Assembly: GCA_015059185.1 (NCBI GenBank)
Contig: SVAY01000008.1
Location: 1,587 to 65,586, forward strand
From: Erysipelotrichaceae bacterium
Lineage (GTDB): Bacteria; Bacillota_I; Bacilli_A; RFN20; CAG-826
Direction of reading: 5' to 3'
DNA length: 64,000 nt
The translations under genes and the position numbers were made by a program. This document shows, in pieces, positions 40,222 to 52,000 of this stretch. Each line of letters begins with the position of its first letter. Within the stretch, counting starts at the first letter, position 1. The notes beneath the pieces were generated by a model that was not told the origin of the DNA, searched no databases, and saw nothing but the letters and a program-made list of their open reading frames with translations.

Positions 40222-41868
40222 ATGGAAGAAATCAACAACTTTATTAAAACAATCATGGAAAAGGATTTAGAAGAAGGAAGAGTAAAACAAATCGTTACTC
40301 GTTTTCCTCCTGAACCTAATGCCTATCTTCACATTGGTCATGCGAGAGCCATTGTCAATGACTTTGAACTCGCTAAAGCATTTAATGGCTACACCAATTT
40401 AAGATTTGATGACACTAATCCAGTCAATGAAGGAGCGGAATATGTCGATGCCATTATCGAAGATTTAAAATGGCTTGGTTACACTCCTAAAAACATCTTC
40501 TTTGGTAGTGATTATTTTGAAAAAACTTATGAAAAGGCCGCCCTCTTAATCAAAAAGGGTTTAGCCTATGTTGATGATCTTTCTCCTGAAGAAATGACTG
40601 CGTATCGTGGTACTTTAACCGAACCTGGTAAAGAATCACCATGCCGTAATAGAAGTGTTGAAGAAAACCTTAAACTATTTGAAGAGATGAGGGCGGGTAA
40701 ATACGCAAACGGAGAAAAAACTTTAAGAGCAAAAATTGATATGGCTTCTCCTAATATTAATATGAGAGATCCTGTCATGTATCGTATACTTCACGTTACC
40801 CACCACCGCCAAGGTGATAAATGGTGCATCTATCCAATGTATGACTTTGCTCATCCACTTCAAGATGCTTTTGAAGGAGTCACCCACTCCTTATGTTCTC
40901 TTGAATATGATAACCATAGAGTGCTTTATGATTGGTTCATTGAAAAATGTGAAATGGAACATGTTCCACATCAATATGAATGGGGTAGACTAAATATCAC
41001 TAATACAGTGATGTCAAAACGTTATCTCCGTCAACTCGTCGAAGAAGGTCACGTTACTGGATATGATGATCCTCGTATGCCTACTCTTGTCGGCTTAAGA
41101 AGAAAAGGCTTTACCGCTGAATCAATTAAAAACTTTATCGTTTATACTGGCTTAAGTAGAATCAATTCCACTACTGAAGCTGATAACTTAGATAACTTCC
41201 TTAGAGAAGAACAAAAGTTAATCGCTCCACGTCCAATGGCAGTCCTTAATCCACTTAAAGTTGTCATCGATAACTACCCAGAAGGTGAAATCGAATACGT
41301 TGATGCACTTAACAACATGGAAAACGAAGCACTCGGTTCTCGTAAATTAGCATTTGGTAAATATCTATATATTGAACGCGAAGACTTCGTTGAAGAAAAA
41401 CCAAATAGAAAATGGAAACGTTTATCTCTTGGTGATGAAGTAAGACTCATGTTTGCCTATTTCATTAAAGCTAATTCGGTAATAAAGGATGACAATGGTA
41501 ATATCATTGAAGTCCACTGCACATATGACCCAGAAACTAAATCTGGAAGTGGATTTGAAGGTCGTAAGCCTAATGGCACTATTCATTATGTAGAAGCTAC
41601 TACCGCTTTGAAAGCCACCTTCAATCACTATGAACCATTAGTCTTTGATGAAACAGAAGAAACCAAAGGAAAACCCTTCATAGAAAGGCTTAATCCAAAT
41701 TCATGGGTAAAGCTTGAAGGATATGTAGAAAACGGCTTAAAAGACACAAAACCATTAGATAGATATCAATTTATTAGAAACGGTTATTACTGCACTGATA
41801 AAGAAAGTAAAGAAGGACATTTGGTCTTTAATAGAACATGTCCACTTAAATCTTCATTCAATAAGTAA
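40222..41868 (+). CDS. glnS: Glutaminyl-tRNA synthetase
   Basis: TRFPPEPNAYLHIGH, RFDDTNP, YPMYDFAH, MSKR. Probable start ATG 40222. Confidence 0.96.
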   Translation: MEEINNFIKTIMEKDLEEGRVKQIVTRFPPEPNAYLHIGHARAIVNDFELAKAFNGYTNLRFDDTNPVNEGAEYVDAIIEDLKWLGYTPKNIFFGSDYFEKTYEKAALLIKKGLAYVDDLSPEEMTAYRGTLTEPGKESPCRNRSVEENLKLFEEMRAGKYANGEKTLRAKIDMASPNINMRDPVMYRILHVTHHRQGDKWCIYPMYDFAHPLQDAFEGVTHSLCSLEYDNHRVLYDWFIEKCEMEHVPHQYEWGRLNITNTVMSKRYLRQLVEEGHVTGYDDPRMPTLVGLRRKGFTAESIKNFIVYTGLSRINSTTEADNLDNFLREEQKLIAPRPMAVLNPLKVVIDNYPEGEIEYVDALNNMENEALGSRKLAFGKYLYIEREDFVEEKPNRKWKRLSLGDEVRLMFAYFIKANSVIKDDNGNIIEVHCTYDPETKSGSGFEGRKPNGTIHYVEATTALKATFNHYEPLVFDETEETKGKPFIERLNPNSWVKLEGYVENGLKDTKPLDRYQFIRNGYYCTDKESKEGHLVFNRTCPLKSSFNK

Positions 41869-41877
41869 CTATTAATT

Positions 41878-41910
41878 AAAATCCCACCGGCTTTATTGGT
41901 GGGATTTATT
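41878..41910. terminator. Bidirectional terminator between glnS and the NRPS operon
   Basis: AAATCCCACC...GGTGGGATTT. Confidence 0.75.
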
Positions 41911-44031
41911 TTATAACTTGATTCTCACTATTGTGATTGATTTTTCATCCTCATATTTATAATCATAAGATGATGCTAAATCTTTAATGATGGATAACCC
42001 AAATCCTCCTTCATCCATCTCGGGATCAAAAGATTCTACATATTTTTCTTGATGATTGATAAACGGGTTATAATCGTTACCATTAGAACTAATAACAATT
42101 TCTAATACATCTTTACCAAGATTAAAATCAACATCAATCTTTAAATCTAATCTTGTTTCATATGAAACTAAATTATTAATTAATTCATCAATAACAACAC
42201 CCGCTGCCGCTTTAGTTTCACTTCCTAAATAAGAATAATATTCATTAAATCTATCAACAATATCAGAGATAATCTCATATTCTTTTTTATCATATGACAG
42301 ATGTAATTTATGATCGTTATTTTTAACAACAAGCATCGTAACATCATCAAATTGTTCAACATCACCCACGAACTCTTCGAGTTTATTATTCATCACGTCA
42401 ATAATGTTATCGATCGCTAAATCTCTATTATCATATAAAGTCTTCTCAATACGTTCATAAGAGAATTCTTCTCTAGTGTGATTAATCGATTCATTTAATC
42501 CATCAGTAAATAAGAAGATATAATCTCCCTTCTTAAATGGATGAGATTCTTGTTTATAAATAAAGTCAGCTTCTCCACCCATTACAAAATTTGATTCGCC
42601 GTCTAATTTAGTGACCTTATCTTTAGAAACGATATATGGCTTTTCATGTCCAGCGTTAACATAGGCAATAACATTCTTCTTAAAGTCAATAATACCAATG
42701 AAGGAAGTCACAAATAGGCTTTCTTTATCACTATTAACAAGAGTGTCGTTCACTATTTTAGCAACTTCTTCAAGATTGTCATATGAACGGATTGTCGATT
42801 TAATTAATTCCTTACTCTTCATCATAAATAAAGCCGCAGGAATACCTTTACCGCTGACATCAGAAATAACAACGGCAAGCCTATTATCATCTAAATAGAA
42901 ATAATCATAGAAATCACCGCCAATTTGTTTAGCAGATTTGATAAATGCACGAATATTTACATTTTTATCATCATAAATATGACTTGGTAACGCGCCGAGT
43001 TGAATACTATTAGCAACATTTAATTCTGCATTATCTTTCTCTTTTTCGTATGCTTCTTTTTGAATAACATCAATATATTTAATAATATCTTCTTCTAATG
43101 AAACAAATGATTCAGATAAGAGGCTGATTTCATCACGTGATTTAACATGAGGGTCTTTCTTTTCTAATGGTTTTCCTTCTTTTAAATCATTAGAGAAGGA
43201 AGCTGCAGATTTAGTTAATTTACTAACATTTCTAATAAGCAAAAAATGCGCTCCTAAAGCATAAGCAATAATCATCACAATTGAGCTAATTGATAAAACT
43301 ATAATCTCTGTTTTTAATAATGAATTAGCGTCTGAATCCACCTCAACAAAATCATATTGAATAAAAAGATAAGCAATATTATTTCCATCTGTATCATTAA
43401 TAACCATCACACGGTTAAGCTTATTATTATAATTGCAATCATAATAATCGCCATTTAATGTAAATACACCATCAAAACCATGATATTGTGAGCCAGGGAA
43501 ACGCGCCTCTTCTTTAAAAGCCTTACCCTTTTTATAAGAATATTCATCCCCTATAATCATTAAAGTGTCATCATTAAGAAGATAGGCGATATAAGCGGAT
43601 GAAGCCTTTGTTGCCGACTTAGTATCACTTAAAGAATAAGCAAGTTCTTCATAATCGCTTCTAAACTGCATTTCTTCTGGTGTTTGATAATGCATTGCAA
43701 TACCTTCGATTGGATATAACCAATTGAAATAAGTTTTATAGAAATTCTTTTTCTCTTCAAATGTGAAATCTTCTGGAGGATCATCAGGATATGAAGCATA
43801 ACATTCTTCAATATAACTACGAGTTTTTATTAAAGTTGGATAAAAACCATCATCATCTTGAGTAGAATAATCTTCCTTCATTCCACTAAGCCAATTATCA
43901 ATATTATTTAATTCATTTTCCCTACCACGACGTCGATATTCTTGGTCAGCAAAAACTATTGCCACAGTAGTGACTAATATTGAAAGGACTGCTCCCAAAG
44001 CGACTATCTTAAATTTGATAGGGAATTTCAT
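41911..44031 (-). CDS. Membrane sensor with HAMP, SpoIIE/PP2C phosphatase and C-terminal RsbW-like HATPase domain
   Basis: Two TM helices around an extracytoplasmic domain; HAMP (SRDEISLL); GGDFYD, SDVSGKG, NAGH, FTDG, DDVT; then DELINN...SSNG...GGFGL. Confidence 0.9.
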   Translation of the reverse strand: MKFPIKFKIVALGAVLSILVTTVAIVFADQEYRRRGRENELNNIDNWLSGMKEDYSTQDDDGFYPTLIKTRSYIEECYASYPDDPPEDFTFEEKKNFYKTYFNWLYPIEGIAMHYQTPEEMQFRSDYEELAYSLSDTKSATKASSAYIAYLLNDDTLMIIGDEYSYKKGKAFKEEARFPGSQYHGFDGVFTLNGDYYDCNYNNKLNRVMVINDTDGNNIAYLFIQYDFVEVDSDANSLLKTEIIVLSISSIVMIIAYALGAHFLLIRNVSKLTKSAASFSNDLKEGKPLEKKDPHVKSRDEISLLSESFVSLEEDIIKYIDVIQKEAYEKEKDNAELNVANSIQLGALPSHIYDDKNVNIRAFIKSAKQIGGDFYDYFYLDDNRLAVVISDVSGKGIPAALFMMKSKELIKSTIRSYDNLEEVAKIVNDTLVNSDKESLFVTSFIGIIDFKKNVIAYVNAGHEKPYIVSKDKVTKLDGESNFVMGGEADFIYKQESHPFKKGDYIFLFTDGLNESINHTREEFSYERIEKTLYDNRDLAIDNIIDVMNNKLEEFVGDVEQFDDVTMLVVKNNDHKLHLSYDKKEYEIISDIVDRFNEYYSYLGSETKAAAGVVIDELINNLVSYETRLDLKIDVDFNLGKDVLEIVISSNGNDYNPFINHQEKYVESFDPEMDEGGFGLSIIKDLASSYDYKYEDEKSITIVRIKL

Positions 44032-44033
44032 AA

Positions 44034-44333
44034 TTATTTAATAGTTAATACGTTTTTAAAACCTGTGACTTTAAATACTTCTAAACAAATGTTGTTTAAA
44101 TTATGGATTTCTAGCTGTTTTTGTTTAGCTACTAACTCCTTTTTAATAGCTAAAAGTGCCCTTAGGCCAGCAGAAGAAATATATTCAAGTTCTTTCATAT
44201 CAAAAACCACTAATTCTTCTACTATTTCTTCTTTTTCAAAAGAAGCTAACAATTCTTTAGAAGTAGTTGTATCTAATCTACCTACTAAAGTAAAGACTAA
44301 TTCATTTCCGTGTTTAACATTAATTTCCATCAA
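44034..44333 (-). CDS. STAS-domain anti-sigma factor antagonist (RsbV/SpoIIAA-like)
   Basis: GRLDT, LEYISSAGLRALL (phospho-acceptor Ser), FKVTGF. Confidence 0.92.
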   Translation of the reverse strand: MMEINVKHGNELVFTLVGRLDTTTSKELLASFEKEEIVEELVVFDMKELEYISSAGLRALLAIKKELVAKQKQLEIHNLNNICLEVFKVTGFKNVLTIK

Positions 44334-46069
44334 CCATTCCTCCTAGTATTGATTTCAAATATTGTATTGTTGAGACTTAATACACGCATATAAGTCATTT
44401 TATCGGTTAAGCTACTAATTAATTGTATACCACTTGTCGAATAATTTTCATCATTATCATATTCGTATTTAGTTGGATCAAAAGGCATGCCATCATCCCT
44501 AATTCTCAGTACCAATACATCATTCACTTTCTTTAGAGAAACATCAATATAATTCTTATGATTATGTTTATAACCATAGGTGATGATGTTACCCACTATT
44601 TCTTCTGCTGCTAAACCAACGATTTGACTCTCTCTTTCTTCTACCCCATGATTACGGGCAAAGTCAGTTAATTCTTGCGAGATCTTAGAAGCATTATCAA
44701 TATTGTTATCTAAAGATGCATCAAATGATTCAACATCACCTTTTTCAAACATAAAGATACCATACGTCTTTTTCCTCTTATTATATATAAGGATAAAGCC
44801 ATAAGTGATTAAGACTGTTGCAGTTTCAGTTATCGCACAGGCAATACAATATCCCATGATGCCGTTAGTAAATAAAAGCACTAAGGTGACTGGTAAAACA
44901 ATAATTGCTTCTCTTAGGAACACGGTGATTAAAGAAGGCAAGTTCTTGTCGATAGATGGGTAATAATTCATTGAGAACTTATTAATCTCATATGGTAAGA
45001 AGGAAATGAGATAAATCCTAATGAGTAAGGCAATATGCTCCATATCAGTCTGTTCGGTATAACCAAAGACATAACTATAAACATTAGGAAGCGCTAATAT
45101 CACCGCTGTAATAATTAAAGTCGTTATCACGTTAATGAGGTATATCTTCCTAGTTACTGATTTAAGTGAGTATAAATCTTTCTCCCCATAGAAGATACCA
45201 ATAATATTAGGAATAACGTTAATAATTCCGCCGCAGAATAAATCAAAAACAAAGACCACATTTGAGATAAGTCCAAAGGCAAGTAAATCAACAGGATCAG
45301 TAATAAGTTTTCCTAAAAAGATATTAACGATTAACATCTGGGTGGCAGTTAAGACCATATTGATACCACTTGTTGAAGAGGACTTAATAATATTAAAGAT
45401 CTTTGAATCGCGTACCTTAAAGGTGAACTTTAACATACGTTTACTACTCCTAAAATAGAAAGGTAGTATTATAAACGCCACTACAAATCCTGCAGCGGTA
45501 GATAAGGCCGCTCCATACATTCCCCATAAATGGATAAATAATACTTCTAATCCAACCTTAGCAACGTTAGAGATAATAAAGAATAATGAAGATAATTTAG
45601 GATTATTATCAACCGCCATAAACGAACCAAGTAGTAAGGCTAAAGCAATAATTGGATTGGTTAATAAATACATATAGATATATGGGTAAGAATCCTCATA
45701 TGAAGCTTCACCAAACAACTTCGCTAAAGGAGAAGATACAAAGAATGATATAAGAGCAAAGACCATGGAGATAGCAACCCCAATGATAATAGAAATAGAA
45801 AACGCTTTTTTCGCTCCTTCAATATCTCTTTTACCAAGTTTATTTGCCACCACTATTGAGCCACCTACTCCTAAAGCAAAGCCTGGTGCTTGAATAACGT
45901 ATAAGATTGGCATGACTAATGAGGTAGCAGCAAGAGCTTGATTAGAAATCATGTTACCAATCAAGATACCATCGAGTAAGGATGAAAACTGCATTGCAAA
46001 AATCATCAAGATTGATGGAATGAGATAATAAAGAAACTTACGGTTAACTAATTTACTGTTTCTTTCCAT
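44330..46069 (-). CDS. MATE transporter fused to a C-terminal RsbW-like HATPase (Ser kinase) domain
   Basis: About 440 aa MATE-like 12-TM region, followed by AAEEIVGNI, IRDDGMPFDP, SGIQLI. Confidence 0.85.
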   Translation of the reverse strand: MERNSKLVNRKFLYYLIPSILMIFAMQFSSLLDGILIGNMISNQALAATSLVMPILYVIQAPGFALGVGGSIVVANKLGKRDIEGAKKAFSISIIIGVAISMVFALISFFVSSPLAKLFGEASYEDSYPYIYMYLLTNPIIALALLLGSFMAVDNNPKLSSLFFIISNVAKVGLEVLFIHLWGMYGAALSTAAGFVVAFIILPFYFRSSKRMLKFTFKVRDSKIFNIIKSSSTSGINMVLTATQMLIVNIFLGKLITDPVDLLAFGLISNVVFVFDLFCGGIINVIPNIIGIFYGEKDLYSLKSVTRKIYLINVITTLIITAVILALPNVYSYVFGYTEQTDMEHIALLIRIYLISFLPYEINKFSMNYYPSIDKNLPSLITVFLREAIIVLPVTLVLLFTNGIMGYCIACAITETATVLITYGFILIYNKRKKTYGIFMFEKGDVESFDASLDNNIDNASKISQELTDFARNHGVEERESQIVGLAAEEIVGNIITYGYKHNHKNYIDVSLKKVNDVLVLRIRDDGMPFDPTKYEYDNDENYSTSGIQLISSLTDKMTYMRVLSLNNTIFEINTRRNG

Positions 46070-46071
46070 GA

Positions 46072-49000
46072 TCAGTCTGTCCTTTCAAAGAAGTCTAGTG
46101 TTTGTAATGAGATGATGGCGTTCTTGAGATATTCATAATCAGTAATTGGCCATTTATATGATAAGTGATATAAGGCTTTATTAGTGAATTCATTATCACT
46201 ACCAATAAAGGAGTGAGTGTGCATATCACTACTAGAATAAGAGATAAGAGAAGAAACAAGCATACTCTTGGTCTCATCCATCATCATACGTTTCATACTT
46301 TCTAAGAAGTCTTTATCAGGGACAACTTTAATATCAAATCCTAATTCATTTAAGACATAGATAATGTCTCCCATTTCAACCATATGAGAGTTCGCCGAAT
46401 GGAAAACAGTGAATTTTTGAGGGGTTTTTGCTAATAATATGATAGTTTTAGCCACTTCATCGATTGGAGAGAAGTCGACGGTCGCATCCATCGAATTCAC
46501 TGGGAATTCATGAAGTGTCGCATATCCTTTAAGATCCCTCATAAAGCCATTAGTAATAGAGTTAGCTTGGAATTCACCATCTCTTTGACGGCTCATCAAG
46601 TTACCAACACGGATGATCTTACCATCTACTCCGTCTTTATCAACAGCTTCTAAAATTGCTTTCTCAGCATTGAACTTAGAATGCACATATTTATTTGAGA
46701 CATCTTGACCAAAGTCGAGCATATCTTCTTTGATTTTGAATGATGGGGCGAACTTATTATCAATATTTTCTCCCGCAACTGAGAGAGTAGAGATTTGAAT
46801 AATTCTAGCATTCTTCTTTTTCGCAATTTCAATTAAGTTTTTGACCCCACCAACATTCACTCTTTCAATGATATCGTTGTTAGCAAAATGCTTCACTATC
46901 GCAGCAGAGTTGATAATAATATTAAAGTCATAATCTTTGAGTTTATCGTATAAGTCTTTATCAGTGACGTCTCCATCCACTACTTCGACATATTTATCAA
47001 TCTCTTCATCGCGAGGAGAATCAAAATAATACGCCATTAAGGCAAGGAGTCTTTCTTTCGCGGTTAGTTCACCCTTTCTCACTAATACAACAACATGATT
47101 TTCTTGTTTAATTAATTCGTCTAAGATATGAATTCCTAAGAATCCAGTCGCACCGGTTAATAAGACTTTCTTAAATGAGAAATCAATCTTGATATCATCT
47201 ACTTCTTCGACCACATTATGTTTAAGGGAAGCGAATTCATATTTCTCTTCTTTTTCTTCCTTCTTACTAACTTCGCCATTGATGGAATTAATATGTTCTT
47301 CAAGTTTTAGGACCGTTGGATATTCAAAGACATCACCATAAGCGATTGGTAAGCCTTCATTAAGTGCAAGCATTGCAACTTTAGATACACTTAATGATGT
47401 GCCACCTAATGTAAAGAAGTCGTCATCAATACCAACATTATTATTGCCTAAAGCTTTTTGGAATAAGGTCACAAGTTTCTTTTGTAGTTCGTTACTTGCT
47501 GCTTTTACTTCTTTCTTTTCTTCCGTTACTTGAATGCTTGGAAGATTCTTTTTATCAACTTTACCGTTCGCAGTAAGAGGTAATTTATCTAACTGCATCA
47601 TTGCTTTAGGTATCATATAAGGAGCAAGTGATTTAGAAATATGCGCAGTTAAGTCATCTTTATTAACAAGAGTTGAGGCAACGAAGTACGCTACTAAATA
47701 ATCACCCTCAGGAGCGTTCTTCACAATGACGATACTAGTAGAAATACCTGGATAAGTATTAATCACCTTTTCAATCTCATCGAGTTCAACACGAAGTCCT
47801 CTCAGTTTCACTTGGTTATCAAGTCGACCAAAGAATTCGATGTTGCCGTCTCCATTAATACGAGCTAAGTCTCCGCTTCGATATGCAGGTAGACCATTAA
47901 TGTTTATAAATGCGGCTTTAGTTTTTTCAATATTACCTAAATAGCCCATACCGACGGATTCACCAGCAAGAGTTAAATCACCAATCGCGTTAATTGGTAA
48001 GATGTGTCCAGCTTTATCTAAGATATAAGCTTTTGTATTACCAACTGGTCGACCAATCGTCATATATTCATCTTTCACCGTACTATAGGTTGCAGTGATC
48101 GTTGTTTCGGTAGGACCATAGCCGTTATTTATTTGTGCGTTCACTCCAAGTCCTCTAAGTTTTTGACATAATTCAATTGGCACTGCTTCTGCCCCCATAT
48201 CAAGAACTTTGAAGTTTCTTAATGCGTCGACAAATTCTGGAATGTCTAATAAGTTAGAAACATAGCTAGGAGTCATAAACATGATGTTCACGTTATGTTT
48301 CTTTAAGGTCTTTGCAAGGAGCATTGGGTTATTAATCTCTTCCTCACTTGCAATGACTGCGGTATAGCCATGCGTTAAAGGCACGAATTCTTCTTGTAAG
48401 GATGCGTCAAATGATAATGAAGCAAATGAGCAAGATACACATTCATCCCCAATCAAACGATATTCACCAGTTGTTGGGTTAGTACCATCAAGCACATAGT
48501 TAAGTAAATTACGATGAGAAATCATCACGCCTTTTGGTTTACCAGTTGAGCCAGAAGTATAAATGACATAGCAAAGATCTTTTTGATCAATCTTCTCTTT
48601 AGGATTATCACTCTTATTTGATTTAGCAATTTCACTAACAAGGAATACTTTAACATCTAAGGAAGATAATAATTCTTTCTTCTCTTCATACACTTCTTTA
48701 GTGGTCACCACAAATTGAGTATGAGAATCAGTGATAATATAACTTACACGGTCATCAGGATATTTAGGATCGATTGGAAGGAATGCTCCACCAGATTTCA
48801 CAATACCTTGTCTAACTGCATACGCTTCTTTAATACGTGGCATGAGCATGACAACAGTTTGATTCTTGCTCACTTTATTATCAATTAAGGTATGTGCTAC
48901 TTTATTGGCTAAAGCATTGAGTTCGGTGTATGTGAATTCACTACTACTATCAATGACAGCCACTTTATCTTTATGTAATGCCGCTTGTTTTTCAAATAAG

Positions 49001-52000
49001 AGATTAACCGTAACATCGTTAGGAACCTCAACATCCGTATCATTAGTGATCTCGTATAATTTCTTATCTTGTTCAGTTAATAAGCGGATATCTTTAATAT
49101 TCTTCTTCACCAATAATTCGTTAAGAACGAGTTCGAATAATCTATTAAATGAAGCAATGGTATTCTCATTATATAAAGAAACATCATATTCAAAGTGGGC
49201 GCGATATTTCCCATCTTCAAGGAAGATATCTAAACCGAATGGAGTTTTTGCAGTATCGCTTTCTAAAAGCACACTTTCAACTGGATAGCCTCCAATTTCT
49301 TTAAATGTAAAGTCATCACCTTGATAGGCAAACATCACATCAGCACTGATATCATAGTCATTAACAATATCGGCAAATGAATAGATATCATTCTCTTCAA
49401 GGCCGCTTAATTCTTCTTTCATGAAGTTAATCTTTTTAATCACTTCATCATCTTCTTCATAAGATAAATAGACTGGAAGAGTTTTAACTAACATCGAAGT
49501 GGTATTAAATAATTTAGAAGACTTTCTACCATTATAAATGGTTACATATAAGGCATCTTTACGATAGATGAATTTTGATAAGGTAAAGCCAAAAGCAAAA
49601 TTGAATAAAGCGTTATTCGTTAACTTATTATTCTTGATGAATTCATTAACTTTATCCTTATCAAGATTAAGTGAATAATCAATGGAAGCTAGTTTACTTT
49701 CCTTTTGGACTTTTAAGTCTTTCTTCATGATGTATTCACCATCAATATCTTTTAAGACATCATGATAATATTCTTTTGCTTTAGTAAGCTTATCACTCGC
49801 TAAATCTTCTTTCTCTTTAAGGGCAACTTCAAAGCCAGTGAATTCTTCTTTCACAAGTTCTTCATCTTTATAAGCTTTTGATAAATCAGAAAGGAAGATT
49901 GCTTCACTAGTACCATCACAGATAATATGATGGAAATCTAAATAAAGATAATTCTCTTTTCCTTCATATATTTCAATACGATATAAAGGAGAATTTAGTA
50001 TCTTAAATGGTCTAATTAATTTTGTTTTATCAATATCTTCTTTGATAATGCTCACAATACTTGGTATATCTTCTCTTAAAGCTAAGATATCCCCATTTTC
50101 ATTCATCTTTAAAGTGGTCTTTAAATATGGGTGATTATCAAGCGCTTTAACTAAAGATTCCTTAAGTTTAGCTAAATCAATCTTCTTATCAAGCTTAAAT
50201 AAGAATGGAATGTTATAGGTTGTCGAATCTGCTTTAGAAGCACATTCCACAAATATGCCTTCTTGGGTTTTGCTAATAGGATATTCTTTAATGATCTCAT
50301 AAGTCTTTTCTTCGCTCTTTCCCACTAAAAATGCTGCTAAATCACGAATATTTGGATGAGATTTTAAATCTTCGTTCTCTACAGGTTTATTAAATTTCTT
50401 ACTCAAAAGAATAGTAAATCTAATAGAAGAAACAGATGTTAAACCAACATTATATATATCGCTAGTAACTCCAAATTGATCATGGCCTAAAACATCTTTA
50501 AGGATATCAAAGATCACTTGTTCATTCTCATTACTTGGAGGAACGATTTCTTCTGTTTTAATCTCCACTTCTGGGAGAGCGCGTTTATTGACTTTTTGAT
50601 TCTGGTTAAGTGGAATTTTATCTATTTGCATAGTATAGGCTGGGACCATATAAGGTGGCTTCTTAGATAAGATATATTTATTAAGTGCGTCGACATCAAC
50701 CTTACTATCGCTCACTACATAAGCGACGATATATTTCACTCCACTTGGATCGGTGAAATCTTTGATGGTCGCATCTTTAATACCTGGGAATTCTCTTATC
50801 ACACCTTCAACCTCTGAAAGCTCAATACGGAATCCTCTAATCTTCACCTGACCATCCTTACGACCAATAAAATCAATCGTGCCATCACTAAGCATTCTTA
50901 CAATATCACCGGTTTTATATAAATTGTGGTAGCCTTCTTCATTAGTAAATGGGTTAGTTAAGAAAGCTTCTTTATTTTCTTTTTCTCGATTTAAATAGCC
51001 TCTTGCCACTTGCGGGCCAGAGATATAAAGTTCGCCGCTCACTAAAGTTGGTAATCTCTTCTTATTCTTATCAAGTACATACATCTTATAAGTTGGTAAA
51101 GGTTTACCAATAGGAATACGATAATATAATTTATCAACGAGTTGTAAGGTACAGTATACTGTTCCTTCGGTTGGACCATATAAGTTATAGAATTTATAAC
51201 CCTCAGGTGGATTCATTGGAACGAGCTTCTCACCACCAACTGCAAAGTATTTAAGCGAATCACATTTAATCTCGCTTGCGAATTGTCTACCAACTTGGGT
51301 CGTGATAAAACTGTGAGTAATTTGATTCTTATTAAAATATTCACCGAGTTCGACGAGGTTAAGCCTCATCTCATCTGGAATAACATATAATGTTGCCCCA
51401 CTAGTAAGGGTTGGATATAAGTCCATCATATCCGCATCAAAACCATATGAAGCATACGCGCTCGCGTGAGAATGTTCATCAAAATGTTGAACGTTTCTAT
51501 GGAACATTGTGAAAGTATGGATGTTACCATGTTCAAGCATGACGCCTTTTGGTACACCGGTCGAACCTGATGTATAAAGCATGATGAATAAATCTTTCGC
51601 GCTTGGTCGAGTCTTAATTGGAGTATCATCTTTAAATGAAAGAAGGGTACTGGTTAATAATTCTGTTCCTTTGAAGTCATGAATGATATTTCCTAAATCA
51701 TCATCTCTAATTAAGATAATTGCACTACTATCCTTGACCATAAAGTTAAGTCTATCTTCTGGATAAGTTGGGTCTAAAGGTTGATAAGCTGAACCTGACT
51801 TAATAACTGCTAAAGAAGCAAGAACAATAAATTCCGATTTATGGATTAAGATAGAGACAACTTTCTCTCTTCCTGCTCCATGCTTAATTAATTCATTAGC
51901 AATCCTTGTAGTGATAACATCAACTTCTTTATAAGTATATTTTTTATCTTTAAAGACTACTGCAATATTATCTGGATATTTTTCTACACAATCTAAGAAA

